From an uncultured Actinomycetes bacterium (GTDB lineage Bacteria; Actinomycetota; Acidimicrobiia; Spongiisociales; DATADW01), in assembly GCA_963824995.1 (NCBI GenBank), contig CAWGRK010000009.1, positions 235,934 through 299,933 on the forward strand: DNA of 64,000 bases, written 5' to 3'. This document shows positions 54,571-64,000 of this stretch, piece by piece. Position numbers and translations under genes: made by a program. The notes under the pieces were generated by a model that did no database searches, was not told the origin of the DNA, and saw only the letters and a program-made list of their open reading frames with translations. The number at the start of each line of letters is the position of its first letter. Position 1 is the first letter of the stretch.

Positions 54571-55455
54571 TCACTCGGTGTCGGTCTCCTCGACCCGCTC
54601 GGCGCCCCGATGGTGTGGCTCCACTGCGATGGCGGCCCGCGCCGCGGCCGGGACGACAGCGATGGCGTCCTGTGCCTCCTCCGGATCGCCAAAGAAGGCG
54701 AACAGCGATGGGCCGCTCCCCGACATAGCCACCTGCCGATCCCACAGACCTTCGAGGTCTGCGTGCCAATCGGCCAGATCGGCGGCGATCGAGCGCGCCG
54801 CCGGGTAGAGGTCGTTCTGCAACGGACCGTGGGAGCGAAGCGACGGTGGCAGTTGCCTTCCGTCAATCTTGGGTCCCTCGGGACCACCCAGGCGGTCCCA
54901 GGCGGCATACACCGCCGGCGTAGATAGCTCGAAGGGGGGTACGGCCACGGCCAAGGCATACCCACCCGGCGCCGGGTCTACCGGGCTGAGGAGCTCGCCA
55001 TAGCCCTCGCCGATGGCGGTGCCACCGAGCCGGGCGAAGGGGACATCTGCGCCGAGACCCACGGCAATTTCGTCGATCGCGACTGCGACGATTCTCGTGC
55101 CGAGCAGGTGTCGGAGCCCCTCCAGTGCGGCTGCGGCGTCGGCGCTACCGCCGCCGAGACCGGCGGCCACAGGGATTCGCTTGATGAGATGCAGCTTCAA
55201 CCGGGGCTTCCCCCCCGTATGCTCCCGAACGGCGGCGATGGCCCTCCATACCAGGTTCTGCGGTCCGTCGGCGAGGTCGGCACCGTCGATCGACAAGTCG
55301 TCCTCGTCATAGGGCGTGAGTTCGAGCCGGTCGAATAGGCCGACCGACTGGAAGACGGTGAGGAGCGGATGTCGCCCGGAAGCGTCGCGCGGGCGGACCC
55401 GCAGCGACAGGTTCACCTTGGCGGGCGCCCGCACGGCCACCTGGTCTTCAGCCAC
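54571..55455 (-). CDS. ispE: 4-diphosphocytidyl-2-C-methyl-D-erythritol kinase
   Basis: APAKVNL, KRIPVAAGLGGGSADAAA, GADVPF, MSGSGPS. Confidence 0.96.
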   Translation of the reverse strand: MAEDQVAVRAPAKVNLSLRVRPRDASGRHPLLTVFQSVGLFDRLELTPYDEDDLSIDGADLADGPQNLVWRAIAAVREHTGGKPRLKLHLIKRIPVAAGLGGGSADAAAALEGLRHLLGTRIVAVAIDEIAVGLGADVPFARLGGTAIGEGYGELLSPVDPAPGGYALAVAVPPFELSTPAVYAAWDRLGGPEGPKIDGRQLPPSLRSHGPLQNDLYPAARSIAADLADWHADLEGLWDRQVAMSGSGPSLFAFFGDPEEAQDAIAVVPAAARAAIAVEPHHRGAERVEETDTE

Positions 55456-56264
55456 CGGTCACCTCGGCGAGCCGCAACCACCCGGTGGGGGCAACCTGCT
55501 CGGCGCGCGCCCGCGGGTCGATCCCGGCGGCCTCCAATTCGACTGAAGGGGTGTCGAGCACGCCGGCCAGGGATTGCCGGAGCATCTTGCGCCGCTGCCC
55601 AAAACCCGCTGCGGCCAGTCGGAGGGCGCCATCGGCGTTGGCGGGGATCGGCAATCTGTCGAGCACGACGACCGCAGAGCCAACCCGGGGGGCGGGCAGG
55701 AAGACCTGCGGGGGCACGCGGCAGCGCGATCCGGGCGCTGGCGTGGAGCGCCACAACCACGCTGGGCAGGCCATAGGCGGACTCGCCCGGACCGGCCACC
55801 ATCCGCTCGGCTACCTCGCGCTGCACCATTACCACAAAGCGCTCCAAAGCTGGAACCTCTCTCAATCCGTCGAGCACCAGGGTCGTCCCTACCTCATACG
55901 GGAGGTTGGAGACCATCACCCACCGCTCCCCACCGAGCACACCGTTGAGGTCAACCCGCATGACGTCCTCGAAGCGGACCTCGGCCCTGCGATCGTCACC
56001 GAGCACCTCCTCGATCAGCGGACGCAGCCTGGCATCCACCTCGTACCCGAGCAGGCGGTGCCCCGCAGCCACAAGCTCAGCGCTCAGTGTGGCCGTCCCC
56101 ACCCCGATCTCGAGCACGGGGTCAGATGGGGGGCCAACCAGTTCGACTATGCGGCGGGTGATGTTGGGGTCCACGAGGAAGTGCTGCCCCAACGACGTGT
56201 TCGGCCGGAGCCCATGTCGCTCAAGCAGCGCGGCTACCTGGCGCCGGGTCTGGGCCCCGGTCAC
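55448..56264 (-). CDS. rsmA: 16S rRNA adenine dimethyltransferase; frameshift near 55725
   Basis: LGQHFL.D, VLEIG.G, SNLPY, MVQREVAER; then F.PAPRV.S and QRRKMLR. Confidence 0.93.
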
Positions 56265-57013
56265 AGGAACACGCGGCCGGCATTGGACGAAGTGGATACG
56301 GCTACCTCCTCTGGAGTGCTCCCCCATACGCGAGCGAGGGCACTGCCGACCAGGACCACTCGCGCCGGTTCGTTGGGCTCGCCACGGTGGGGTGGCGGTG
56401 ATAGATACGGGGTATCGGTTTCGACCATGGCGCGATCAGGAGGGACGAGCGCCGCCCCTCGGCGCACCGTGTCACCCGTCTCGAATGCCACCGGACCGGC
56501 GAAGGAGAACACGGTCGATGGGAGCTCGAGAAAGCGCCTGGTCCAGCGAGGACCCCCCGTCCAGCAGTGGAGCACCACGGGGCACGACGGATTCTCGGCG
56601 GCGAGGATCTGGTGAACGTCGTCGAAGGCGTCCCGGCAGTGGACGACGACCGGCTTACCGAGCGAGTCGGCGATTTGCAGCTGCGCTCGGAAGGCCTCCA
56701 CCTGAGCGTCACGCGGTGCGAGGTTGCGGTAGAAATCGAGCCCGGTCTCCCCCACGGCTGCAGCCCCTTCCGCCAGGCGCGCCAGTTGCTCTCCCTGCTC
56801 GGGCCAGAGCGTCGCATCATGGGGATGGAGGCCACTGGAGGCGAGCACCCTCCCCGGAAAAGACGCAGCCAGATCGAGGGCCCTCTTGGAGCTCGACAGG
56901 TCCACGCCCGGCACCACTACCCAGCCCACCGCGCCCGCCCGGGCGAGCAGTTCGCCGGGGGGACGGGGGTCGAGCTGGAGGTGGCAGTGCGTATCCACCC
57001 AGGAATTGCCCAT
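56261..57013 (-). CDS. tatD: TatD family nuclease
   Basis: DTHCH, GLHPH, VGETGLD, HCRDA, HCW, ETDTPY. Confidence 0.95.
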   Translation of the reverse strand: MGNSWVDTHCHLQLDPRPPGELLARAGAVGWVVVPGVDLSSSKRALDLAASFPGRVLASSGLHPHDATLWPEQGEQLARLAEGAAAVGETGLDFYRNLAPRDAQVEAFRAQLQIADSLGKPVVVHCRDAFDDVHQILAAENPSCPVVLHCWTGGPRWTRRFLELPSTVFSFAGPVAFETGDTVRRGAALVPPDRAMVETDTPYLSPPPHRGEPNEPARVVLVGSALARVWGSTPEEVAVSTSSNAGRVFL

Positions 57014-57069
57014 CGGGATGCCGAGGCTACCGACCCTGATGTAGAGGGGTAGGGTGACCAACGGACCTC

Positions 57070-57306
57070 ATGGACACCGGCATGGCTCGCAAGATCGACG
57101 ACCTCGGGAGGATCGTCATACCCGCCGAGACCCGGCGGCTCTTCGGCATCCGCGAGGGCGACCAACTCACCATCTCGGTTGAGAGCGATGCCATCGTGAT
57201 CCGCAAGCTCGAGGCGGTCTGCACCTTCTGCGCCGCCACCGACACCGTGGTCCCCTTCCGTGGCAAGGGCATCTGCTCCGATTGCCGGTCCCGGCTCGTG
57301 GGCTAG
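57070..57306 (+). CDS. AbrB-family transcriptional regulator with C-terminal CxxC...CxxC
   Basis: TGMARKIDDLGRIVIP, CTFC, CSDC. Confidence 0.88.
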   Translation: MDTGMARKIDDLGRIVIPAETRRLFGIREGDQLTISVESDAIVIRKLEAVCTFCAATDTVVPFRGKGICSDCRSRLVG

Positions 57307-57405
57307 AGCCAGGCGGAAGACGGAAGTCGGAAGACGGCAGTTCGCTGCTCCGTCCCCCCGCAGATCGTTGGTCAGAGAGCGCGCCGGTCGCCGTACCCTT
57401 TCCTA

Positions 57406-58230
57406 ATGCCTGGAAGGTTGGTGTTGTGTGCTACCCCGATCGGGAACCTGGGTGATATATCTCCTCGGTTGCTCGAGGTGTTGGCCGGAGCCGACGTCGT
57501 CTATGCCGAGGACACACGCCGGGCGGCCCGGCTACTCCAGCGCCACGCCATCGACCGTGCGACCCGCTCCTACTTCGTGGGCAACGAGGCTGAGCGCTCC
57601 GTCCAACTACGGAGCGAGCTTGCAAATGGGCTCACGGTGGCGCTGCTCACGGATGCCGGGACGCCCTCTGTTTCCGATCCCGGTTTGAGTGCCGTCAAGG
57701 CGGCCCTCGAAGCAGGAGCAACGGTGACGACCGTGGCAGGGCCAAGTGCGGTGACCGCCGCCCTGGCGGTCTCCGGTCTCCCCGCTGATCGTTTTGTGTT
57801 CGAGGGATTCCTCCCCCGCTCCGGGAGCGGTCGCACCGCAGTGCTCGAGGCTCTGGCTGCAGAGCGGCGCACCTCGGTCATCTTCTCCAGTCCGCGACGA
57901 ATTGGGGGAGACCTCACCGACCTTGCCGCCAAGTTGGGGGGCAGGCGCCGCGTGGCGGTGGTCCGTGAGTTGACCAAGTTGCACGAGGAGGTGTGGCGGG
58001 GCACGCTCGATGAGGCGGCTTCTCGCTGGGCGGATGGCACGAAGGGAGAGGTCACCCTGGTCGTCGAGGGCGCCGCCGATCGGGTTCCCGATCTCGATGC
58101 GGCACTCGAGGAGGTCGGACAGCTGGTCGTTGACGGCGTGAGCCGGTCGGAGGCCGTGCGACGGGTGGCCGCAGCCCACGCCGTGCCCAGACGTCAGTTG
58201 TACGAGCGTGCTGTCCTTCCGGATGCCTAA
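57406..58230 (+). CDS. rsmI: 16S rRNA (cytidine-2'-O)-methyltransferase
   Basis: ATPIGNLGD, AEDTR, DAGTP.VSDPG, FEGFLP, RELTKLHEE. Confidence 0.96.
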   Translation: MPGRLVLCATPIGNLGDISPRLLEVLAGADVVYAEDTRRAARLLQRHAIDRATRSYFVGNEAERSVQLRSELANGLTVALLTDAGTPSVSDPGLSAVKAALEAGATVTTVAGPSAVTAALAVSGLPADRFVFEGFLPRSGSGRTAVLEALAAERRTSVIFSSPRRIGGDLTDLAAKLGGRRRVAVVRELTKLHEEVWRGTLDEAASRWADGTKGEVTLVVEGAADRVPDLDAALEEVGQLVVDGVSRSEAVRRVAAAHAVPRRQLYERAVLPDA

Positions 58231-58260
58231 GTCACGGAGAGGCGCAGCGACCAGTAGGTT

Positions 58261-59199
58261 CTAGCCGGCGGCCAGGGCCCCGCTGCTGAGGTGTGTCGAA
58301 GCGGGGTTCAGATCGTCGGCCAGGGGCAGCGGCAGTTCCTCGACTTGCGGTGGTGCTTCCAGTAGCCGCTCGGCCGCGGCCCTCCATTGCTCGGCCGGCC
58401 CATCGAACCGCGACGCCATCTCATCCAGCACCGGGCGGTAGCGGACCGCCAGATCCAAGGCGATGTCGGTCGGGATGGTGGTGACACCCGAGCTGTTCAC
58501 AGGGTCCGGAAGTGATGAGACCAGACGGTCTGGATTGACGCCGAGGAAGGCGAGGACTGCCCGAACCAATTCGAGAGGCCGGGTGCGCGCCTCGTCAACG
58601 AAGCCGACGAAGATGCGCTCCTTGGGAAAGTGGTCCATCCATCGGTCCACGATCGCCGGGTAGTTACCCCGCTCGAGCGAATCCGCAGATGCAACGTGCG
58701 CCTTGGCCGTTTCCATGCTCACTGGCCGGTTGGTCTCGAGTTGGACCTGCGACCATGCTCGCCCGATCGGATCGCGAAGCATGATGATCACGCGGACATC
58801 CGGAAGCAGCGCGGCAGCCCGCTTGACCTCGAAGTCGGACAGAAGCGAATAGGCAGGGGTGATCTCGCCGGCTGCACGATTGCCGGAGCTCTGGAACAAG
58901 GCGAGATATCTGCTGTCGCTCGGGGAGAGGAACTCGTACGACATTTCGCGGCGAAGCCGAGCAAAGTCACGCCGCGCAACTGCCGAGCGGAACTCGCCAC
59001 GGACCCGCTGACGCCAAAGAGCAGAGAGCCGCTCACCCGAGGTGACCCGATTCGTGAGGCTCGGTCCGCCCGACATCCAATCGAAGTAGTGAAGCTCTTT
59101 GGCAGGGGGTAGCCAAAGGTCGGGGTGCTGTCGCAGCGAGTGGTGCAACCAGGTCGTCGCGGCACGTTGCGCGCCGATTCCGAGAAATGATGGATACAT
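58261..59199 (-). CDS. Sulfotransferase family protein
   Basis: GAQRAATTWL (5'-PSB-like), KELHYF, GEITPAY, LRDPIGRAWS. Confidence 0.88.
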   Translation of the reverse strand: MYPSFLGIGAQRAATTWLHHSLRQHPDLWLPPAKELHYFDWMSGGPSLTNRVTSGERLSALWRQRVRGEFRSAVARRDFARLRREMSYEFLSPSDSRYLALFQSSGNRAAGEITPAYSLLSDFEVKRAAALLPDVRVIIMLRDPIGRAWSQVQLETNRPVSMETAKAHVASADSLERGNYPAIVDRWMDHFPKERIFVGFVDEARTRPLELVRAVLAFLGVNPDRLVSSLPDPVNSSGVTTIPTDIALDLAVRYRPVLDEMASRFDGPAEQWRAAAERLLEAPPQVEELPLPLADDLNPASTHLSSGALAAG

Positions 59200-59445
59200 G
59201 ACCGCCCGTCCTCCGTGCGGTCCAGCCGCAAGGCGATGTTAGGGGCAATCGAGCGAGGACAGCGCGGTGCGCGAAAACAGGTGATAGGTGGTTGGCCGCC
59301 CCAAGTGGTAGGTCGGTGGCTGTCCGCTGTGGTGGAAGCCATCCAGGGGGGACGACCGTGACGGGACCGGGTCAAGGGCACACACCACCCAACCCCTGCT
59401 CCCCGCCGGGGCGGGTGGTGTGCCCGTTTCCGTTACCCTGCGGTC

Positions 59446-59658
59446 ATGGAACGGCCCACGCCCTGGCTCCCGGTAGCCCTGATCATGTTCGGGCTGACGG
59501 CGGCGACGTTCTTCCTCGGCACCAGACCCGGGCAACAGGGCTGGATAGCCCTCACCTGGTTCGCCCTCAGCATCGCCGTCTTCTGCCTGGCCGCTTGGGC
59601 AGACGAGCGCTGGCCGGGGTCGAGCGCCGCATCGCCCGACGCCGTCGAGGGAAGCTGA
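59446..59658 (+). CDS. Small two-TM membrane protein
   Basis: 70 aa ORF with two hydrophobic stretches. Confidence 0.5.
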   Translation: MERPTPWLPVALIMFGLTAATFFLGTRPGQQGWIALTWFALSIAVFCLAAWADERWPGSSAASPDAVEGS

Positions 59659-59687
59659 CTCGAGGCACCAACCTCGGAGCCATTTGC

Positions 59688-60360
59688 TCAGGAGAGACCA
59701 GCCGCCGACGATCCGGGGGCCACCAGCCCGGATTCGTAGGCGAAGACGATCGCTTGCGCCCGATCCCGAAGGCCGAGCTTGGAGAGGACTCGCTTGACGT
59801 GGGTCCGCACGGTCTCCTCCGAGATGAACAGGACCTCTGCCAGTTCGGCGTTCGAGGCACCGGTCGCCAACTCGATCAGCACCTCTCTCTCCCTATCGGT
59901 GAGTCTTGCCAGCGCGCTGGAAGAGTCCTTGGCGGTTGTCCGCCTGGCGAAAACCTCGATGAGGCGTCTGGTGACCGATGGGGATAGCAGGGCATCGCCG
60001 GACAGCGAGGGTACGGACCGCGGCGATCAGGTCATCTGGTGGGATGCGCTTGAGGAGGAATCCGGATGCTCCGGCGCGCAGCGCATCGAAGACATACTCG
60101 TCGTGCTCGAAGGTGGTCAGGATGGCGATCCGGCACCCGGGGATGGCCGCCGCAAGTTTCCGGGTTGCCTCGATGCCGTCGGTCCCGGGCATACGGACGT
60201 CCATCAACACCACATCCGGCCTCACCCTGCTCACCAGGCGTATCGCTTCGTCCCCGTCTGACGCCTCACCGATGACGTCGATGTCGGGAGCGGTCCCGAG
60301 GATCATCTTCACTCCGCTGCGGACCAGTTGATCGTCATCGACGACGACTACCGAGATCAT
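59688..60360 (-). CDS. NarL/LuxR-family response regulator; frameshift near 60000
   Basis: VVDDD.LVR, DVRMPG, GFLLK; then LTDREREVL...SEETVRTHV. Confidence 0.92.
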
Positions 60361-61481
60361 CCGAGCGGCAAAGGGATCGTTGCGTCCACGGTCCATCCGC
60401 CGCTCGGACCCGGACCGGCGATCAACTCTCCCCCCAGTTCCTCCACCCTCTCCCTGATACCGGCCAAGCCCCGACCGCCATTGGTTGGCCCTCGACCGGG
60501 CCCAGAGTCGCTCACGACGACACGGAGCGTGTCGGCCGCATACCCGATATGTACCTCTGCCGGAGCACCTCCGGCATGGCGGGCGACATTGGTGAGCGAT
60601 TCCTGGATGATCCGGTAGACCGCCAAATCGGTAGCCCCGGAGAGTGACCGCGGCTCCCCGTCGATCTCGACACTCACGGGTATCCCAGCATCGTTGAATC
60701 GCCCTGCCAGATCGTCGATGTCACCGACACCCGGGGCGGGGCGGCGATCATCGACATCCCCATCGCGCGGTCTTTGCAGCCCGAGCACCCGGTCCAGCTC
60801 GCCGAGCGTCTCCCGACCCACTTCCTGCACCGTGTTGACGGCGGATGCCGCCCCCGCCGGGTCGGTGGCCATCAGCCGCTGCGCTGCCCCGGCATGGAGC
60901 AGCATCACCGTCACCGAATGGCCCACGATGTCGTGTACCTCGCGCACTATGCGCGACCGCTCCTCGTCGGCGGCTGCAATCGCCGCGGCCTGGCGTCGCC
61001 GAACGTCCTCCTCCTCCTGCAAGGCCCGTGCCTCCACCCTCCTCCGCCGAGCCGCTTCTGCAGCGCCCCCCGCCCAGGCGAGCACCCAACTGGCAACCAC
61101 GATGGCCGGGATGACCGGGTTCGGGTCCGGCGGGGCGATCAGCCAATAGGCGACGGGCCCGGCAACGCTGAGGACCAGCCCAATGACTGCCCGCGATGGG
61201 TGCGCGTATGCACCGACCGAGTAGGTCTGAAGAAGGTTGGCGTACGGGTACATGCCGGCGGGGAACGCAAAAGCGACCATCGCAACCACGGAGGCACCAC
61301 TCACCAGGTACGAGGTGAGCGGGTAGGTGCGTCTGAAGGCGAGGGCTCCCCCGATGATGGTGGAGAGCACTATGGAGACGGGGGTGCCGCCCTCGATCAC
61401 AGCTTCGGCCACCAGGACGATGGTGACCAGCCCTGCGACGGCGATGTCCCAGAGGCGCGAACTCCTGCGCATCCTGGTCAA
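60357..61481 (-). CDS. Membrane sensor histidine kinase (HisKA_3)
   Basis: ERSRIVREVHD, YRIIQESLTNVARH, GRGLAGIRER. Confidence 0.93.
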   Translation of the reverse strand: MTRMRRSSRLWDIAVAGLVTIVLVAEAVIEGGTPVSIVLSTIIGGALAFRRTYPLTSYLVSGASVVAMVAFAFPAGMYPYANLLQTYSVGAYAHPSRAVIGLVLSVAGPVAYWLIAPPDPNPVIPAIVVASWVLAWAGGAAEAARRRRVEARALQEEEDVRRRQAAAIAAADEERSRIVREVHDIVGHSVTVMLLHAGAAQRLMATDPAGAASAVNTVQEVGRETLGELDRVLGLQRPRDGDVDDRRPAPGVGDIDDLAGRFNDAGIPVSVEIDGEPRSLSGATDLAVYRIIQESLTNVARHAGGAPAEVHIGYAADTLRVVVSDSGPGRGPTNGGRGLAGIRERVEELGGELIAGPGPSGGWTVDATIPLPLG

Positions 61482-62431
61482 GGTACCCCTAGGCGCGAGC
61501 CGGCTGGGGCAACCTCATTGCGCCGGCAAAAGAGACGATTCAGCGCGGCGGCCGATACGACCAGTGTTGCCAGCAGCAGCGGGGTTGGCTCCAACATCGA
61601 GCGGCCGGCGTATGCATGCGCCGTGATGGCCAAGGTCCCGACGACATAAGCCACCGCAGCCACAGTCATCGTCCGAATTCGCTCCGCGCCCACGACCCCC
61701 CTCACCCCGAGGAGCAGCTCGAGCGCGATGAGTACCTGGAGCCCGTGGATCCCAGCGGCGTGAGCCAACTTTCCCGACCCTGCAGCGCCGACGAGCAATC
61801 CAGTCGGAACGGCTCCGGTGGCTTCCACAACCGCCATCCCGCGACTGATGAGGTCGGTCCCGAGGGCCGACGCGAAGAGGAGTAGACCGAGACCAGTCGA
61901 AACCGCGATGAGCGCCGAGGGGCGGCCCCTGAGACGGAATCCGGCCCACGCCGCCATCACCAGAAGGCCGAGGGTGAGCGTGCCGACCGAGACACCCATT
62001 GCGGTGAATACAGCGCCATCGAAGTCTGTAGCAACGTTGAAGTGTGAAGGAACACCACGCCATGTCTGCATCGTGATCAGCCCGAGTTCGATCACAGAAG
62101 CGCCCCCGATCAGAGCGGTAGTGGTCCAACCGAGAACCCTGCTGCGCCCCATCAGACCCTGAGCCCAGCCGATCGAGAGCGCGGTCACCCCCAGTGAGAA
62201 GGCGAAGTTGATCGGCTTGCGCCACGACACCGGACCCCACCACGCACTCCCATCGAGGGCGAAAACCACCAGGTGGATTGCGGCCGACGCCAGCATTGCC
62301 ACACCAAGGATGTACAGGACCCGCTGGTAGCCGTATCGGGGTCGGACTTGTTCCCAGATCGCCGCCGTCATCTCGATGCCTCCTTCGGGGTCGAAGGGCA
62401 ACGTACGAATAGGCGCCGACGAAGTCGTCAC
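61478..62431 (-). CDS. Conserved hypothetical multi-pass membrane protein (start may be the internal Met of MTAAIW)
   Basis: GPVSWRKP..F, QTWRGVPSHFN, HAAGIHGLQ; overlaps the kinase start. Confidence 0.75.
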   Translation of the reverse strand: MTTSSAPIRTLPFDPEGGIEMTAAIWEQVRPRYGYQRVLYILGVAMLASAAIHLVVFALDGSAWWGPVSWRKPINFAFSLGVTALSIGWAQGLMGRSRVLGWTTTALIGGASVIELGLITMQTWRGVPSHFNVATDFDGAVFTAMGVSVGTLTLGLLVMAAWAGFRLRGRPSALIAVSTGLGLLLFASALGTDLISRGMAVVEATGAVPTGLLVGAAGSGKLAHAAGIHGLQVLIALELLLGVRGVVGAERIRTMTVAAVAYVVGTLAITAHAYAGRSMLEPTPLLLATLVVSAAALNRLFCRRNEVAPAGSRLGVP

Positions 62432-62520
62432 CCTCGGTGGGTATCGATGTCACCCTTGAGGGTGAGTGGGGAGTTCAGGACCGAGAGCCATCGGTTTCGG
62501 CATCGTGAGCCGAGTAGAAG

Positions 62521-62964
62521 TCAGTCGGCCGAGCCGAGTTCCTGAATGAGCTTGTCGACTCGTCGCTTTCTCGTCTCCGCGGCTTTTGCGGATTCGATCT
62601 GCTCCACGGCCTGGCGTCTCCTGGTGTACGAGATGGCATCGAACCGACCGGTCAGACCCGCTGCCGCCAGTGCGGCCTTCACATCGTCGGGCACATCGAC
62701 GGTCCGCTCGTCTTCGTCGAGTTCCAATTCCACTCGGACGGCATCACCGACCGCCTTGCCGATGACGCGCCGCGCCGACTTGACCACCCCCAGCACATGC
62801 TTGCCGCCGTACACGGCGATCGATCCTCGGTAGCGATGACCGTCGAAGCTGGCCTTCACCGGTATCCGACCCCCACCCCCAAGCCGATCGACGACTTCGG
62901 GCGGGATCTCCACCCAGGCGCCCCCGTCGTCTTCCCCCTCGATCACAGCCTCGAACACCGACAT
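62521..62964 (-). CDS. DUF1905 / YdeI-OmdA family protein
   Basis: AWVEIP, GRIPVKASFDG, VPDDV, AKAAETRKRR. Confidence 0.85.
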   Translation of the reverse strand: MSVFEAVIEGEDDGGAWVEIPPEVVDRLGGGGRIPVKASFDGHRYRGSIAVYGGKHVLGVVKSARRVIGKAVGDAVRVELELDEDERTVDVPDDVKAALAAAGLTGRFDAISYTRRRQAVEQIESAKAAETRKRRVDKLIQELGSAD

Positions 62965-63052
62965 GGCCCTTCACATTACGAGGAGTGCCACCGAGGAGCG
63001 CGCCGCGCCTTCCTGACGGATAGATTGCAGCGTGCAACGACCGGGGAGGAAA

Positions 63053-64000
63053 GTGGCCATCCCGATCGGCGGGCAGGGGGGGCAAGCGCCGCCGCTCGAC
63101 TTCGTCGTGGAGACGATGCCGCAGCGGATCGTTTTCGGTGCCGGGACGGTGAGGACGGTGCCGGCCGAGGTGTCCCGTGCCGACCTGAAACGGGTGCTGG
63201 TGATCGCTTCGGGCTCGTCGGCGCCGATCGCAGATCAGCTCCTCTCGGACCTGGGACCCTCCGCTGTGGGACGCCTCGCCGAGGTACGACAGCACGTGCC
63301 TCGATCGCTGGCGGAGACGGCATGCCGGGAGGCGACCGCCACCAAGGCTGACGGCATGGTTGCGATCGGGGGCGGCTCGTCCATTGGTCTCGCCAAGGCA
63401 GTTGCGGTGCGCCTCGGCCTCCCCATCGTGGCGGTCCCGGTGACTTACTCGGGTTCGGAGCTGAGCGCCGTCTACGGAGTCACCGACGAGCGCAAGCACA
63501 CCGCAAACGACCCGCGTGCGCTTTCGAGGGTGGTGGTTTACGACCCGGAACTCGGGAGCGGCTTGAAGGCGCGGGTCACCAGCGCCAGCGGGTTCAACGC
63601 CCTGGCTCACGCCGTCGAGGCTCTCTACTCCCCGGGCCGGAACCCGACATCCTCGCTCCAGGCCGTGGAGGCGATCCGCTTGCTGGCGGGCTCTCTCCCG
63701 GTGCTGTCCAAGGGGCGGGGGAACGGCGAGGCTCGGAGCGCGGCTCTGCTCGGTGCCTTCCTGGCGGGATCTGCGGTCAGCACCGCAGGCACCGCACTCC
63801 AGCACAAGCTGGCTCACGTACTGGGGGGAACGCACGACCTCGTCCATGCCGAGGTGCACGCAGTGCTCCTCCCCCACGTCGCCGCCTACAACCAAACGGC
63901 AACGGGTGATCTGTTGGCCGGTGCGGCGGCAGCCCTAGGTGCCGGCGACACAGCTACGGGTCTGTGGCGGCTGGGGCGGCGTCTCGGCAACCCGAGGAGT
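63053..64000 (+). CDS. Maleylacetate reductase-like iron-containing alcohol dehydrogenase (truncated at window edge)
   Basis: Manual translation: RIVFGAG, QHVP, GGGSSIGLAKA, VTYSGSE, YDPEL, NALAHAVEALY, HKLAHVLGG; GGAGG RBS. Confidence 0.88.
   Translation, partial: MAIPIGGQGGQAPPLDFVVETMPQRIVFGAGTVRTVPAEVSRADLKRVLVIASGSSAPIADQLLSDLGPSAVGRLAEVRQHVPRSLAETACREATATKADGMVAIGGGSSIGLAKAVAVRLGLPIVAVPVTYSGSELSAVYGVTDERKHTANDPRALSRVVVYDPELGSGLKARVTSASGFNALAHAVEALYSPGRNPTSSLQAVEAIRLLAGSLPVLSKGRGNGEARSAALLGAFLAGSAVSTAGTALQHKLAHVLGGTHDLVHAEVHAVLLPHVAAYNQTATGDLLAGAAAALGAGDTATGLWRLGRRLGNPRS

Noticed and set aside
57070..57306. AbrB-like gene as the antitoxin of a TA pair
   Set aside because: The downstream gene is rsmI, not a toxin, and the Cys4 tail fits transition-state regulators

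Overview
High-GC actinobacterial chromosome segment; gene content and order suggest Acidimicrobiia (inference). The left third is the conserved hom-thrC-rho-rpmE-DUF1385-prfA-prmC-tsaC-glyA-atp block on the minus strand, interrupted by small insertions and regulatory-gene relics. The middle (about 23-40 kb) is an uncharacterised sugar/amino-sugar catabolic island between hom and lysA. It encodes an SDR, a MetE-like Zn enzyme, DeoC, a ROK kinase, GntR, an SIS protein, a ROK repressor, an ABC transporter, two Gfo/Idh/MocA enzymes, a TIM-barrel isomerase, a phosphotriesterase-like protein, a VOC protein and a NagB-like protein, and carries three TGT(C/A)TAGACA operator-like palindromes. The right part has lysA, tRNA-Arg, Ku, a TRAP transporter, panB, an ATP-dependent ligase, whiB, prs, glmU, tRNA-Gln, ispE, rsmA, tatD, an AbrB-like gene, rsmI, a sulfotransferase and a two-component system. 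Intergenic DNA holds at least two dispersed repeat families: a heptamer tract plus GC-rich palindrome composite, and a GTAG-type REP. One REP cluster lies in an in-frame DUF1385-prfA read-through. Many single-base frameshifts, including in housekeeping genes, probably reflect assembly indel errors. No CRISPR array, integrase, transposase or prophage was seen. All product calls are from visual motif recognition; no database searches were run.
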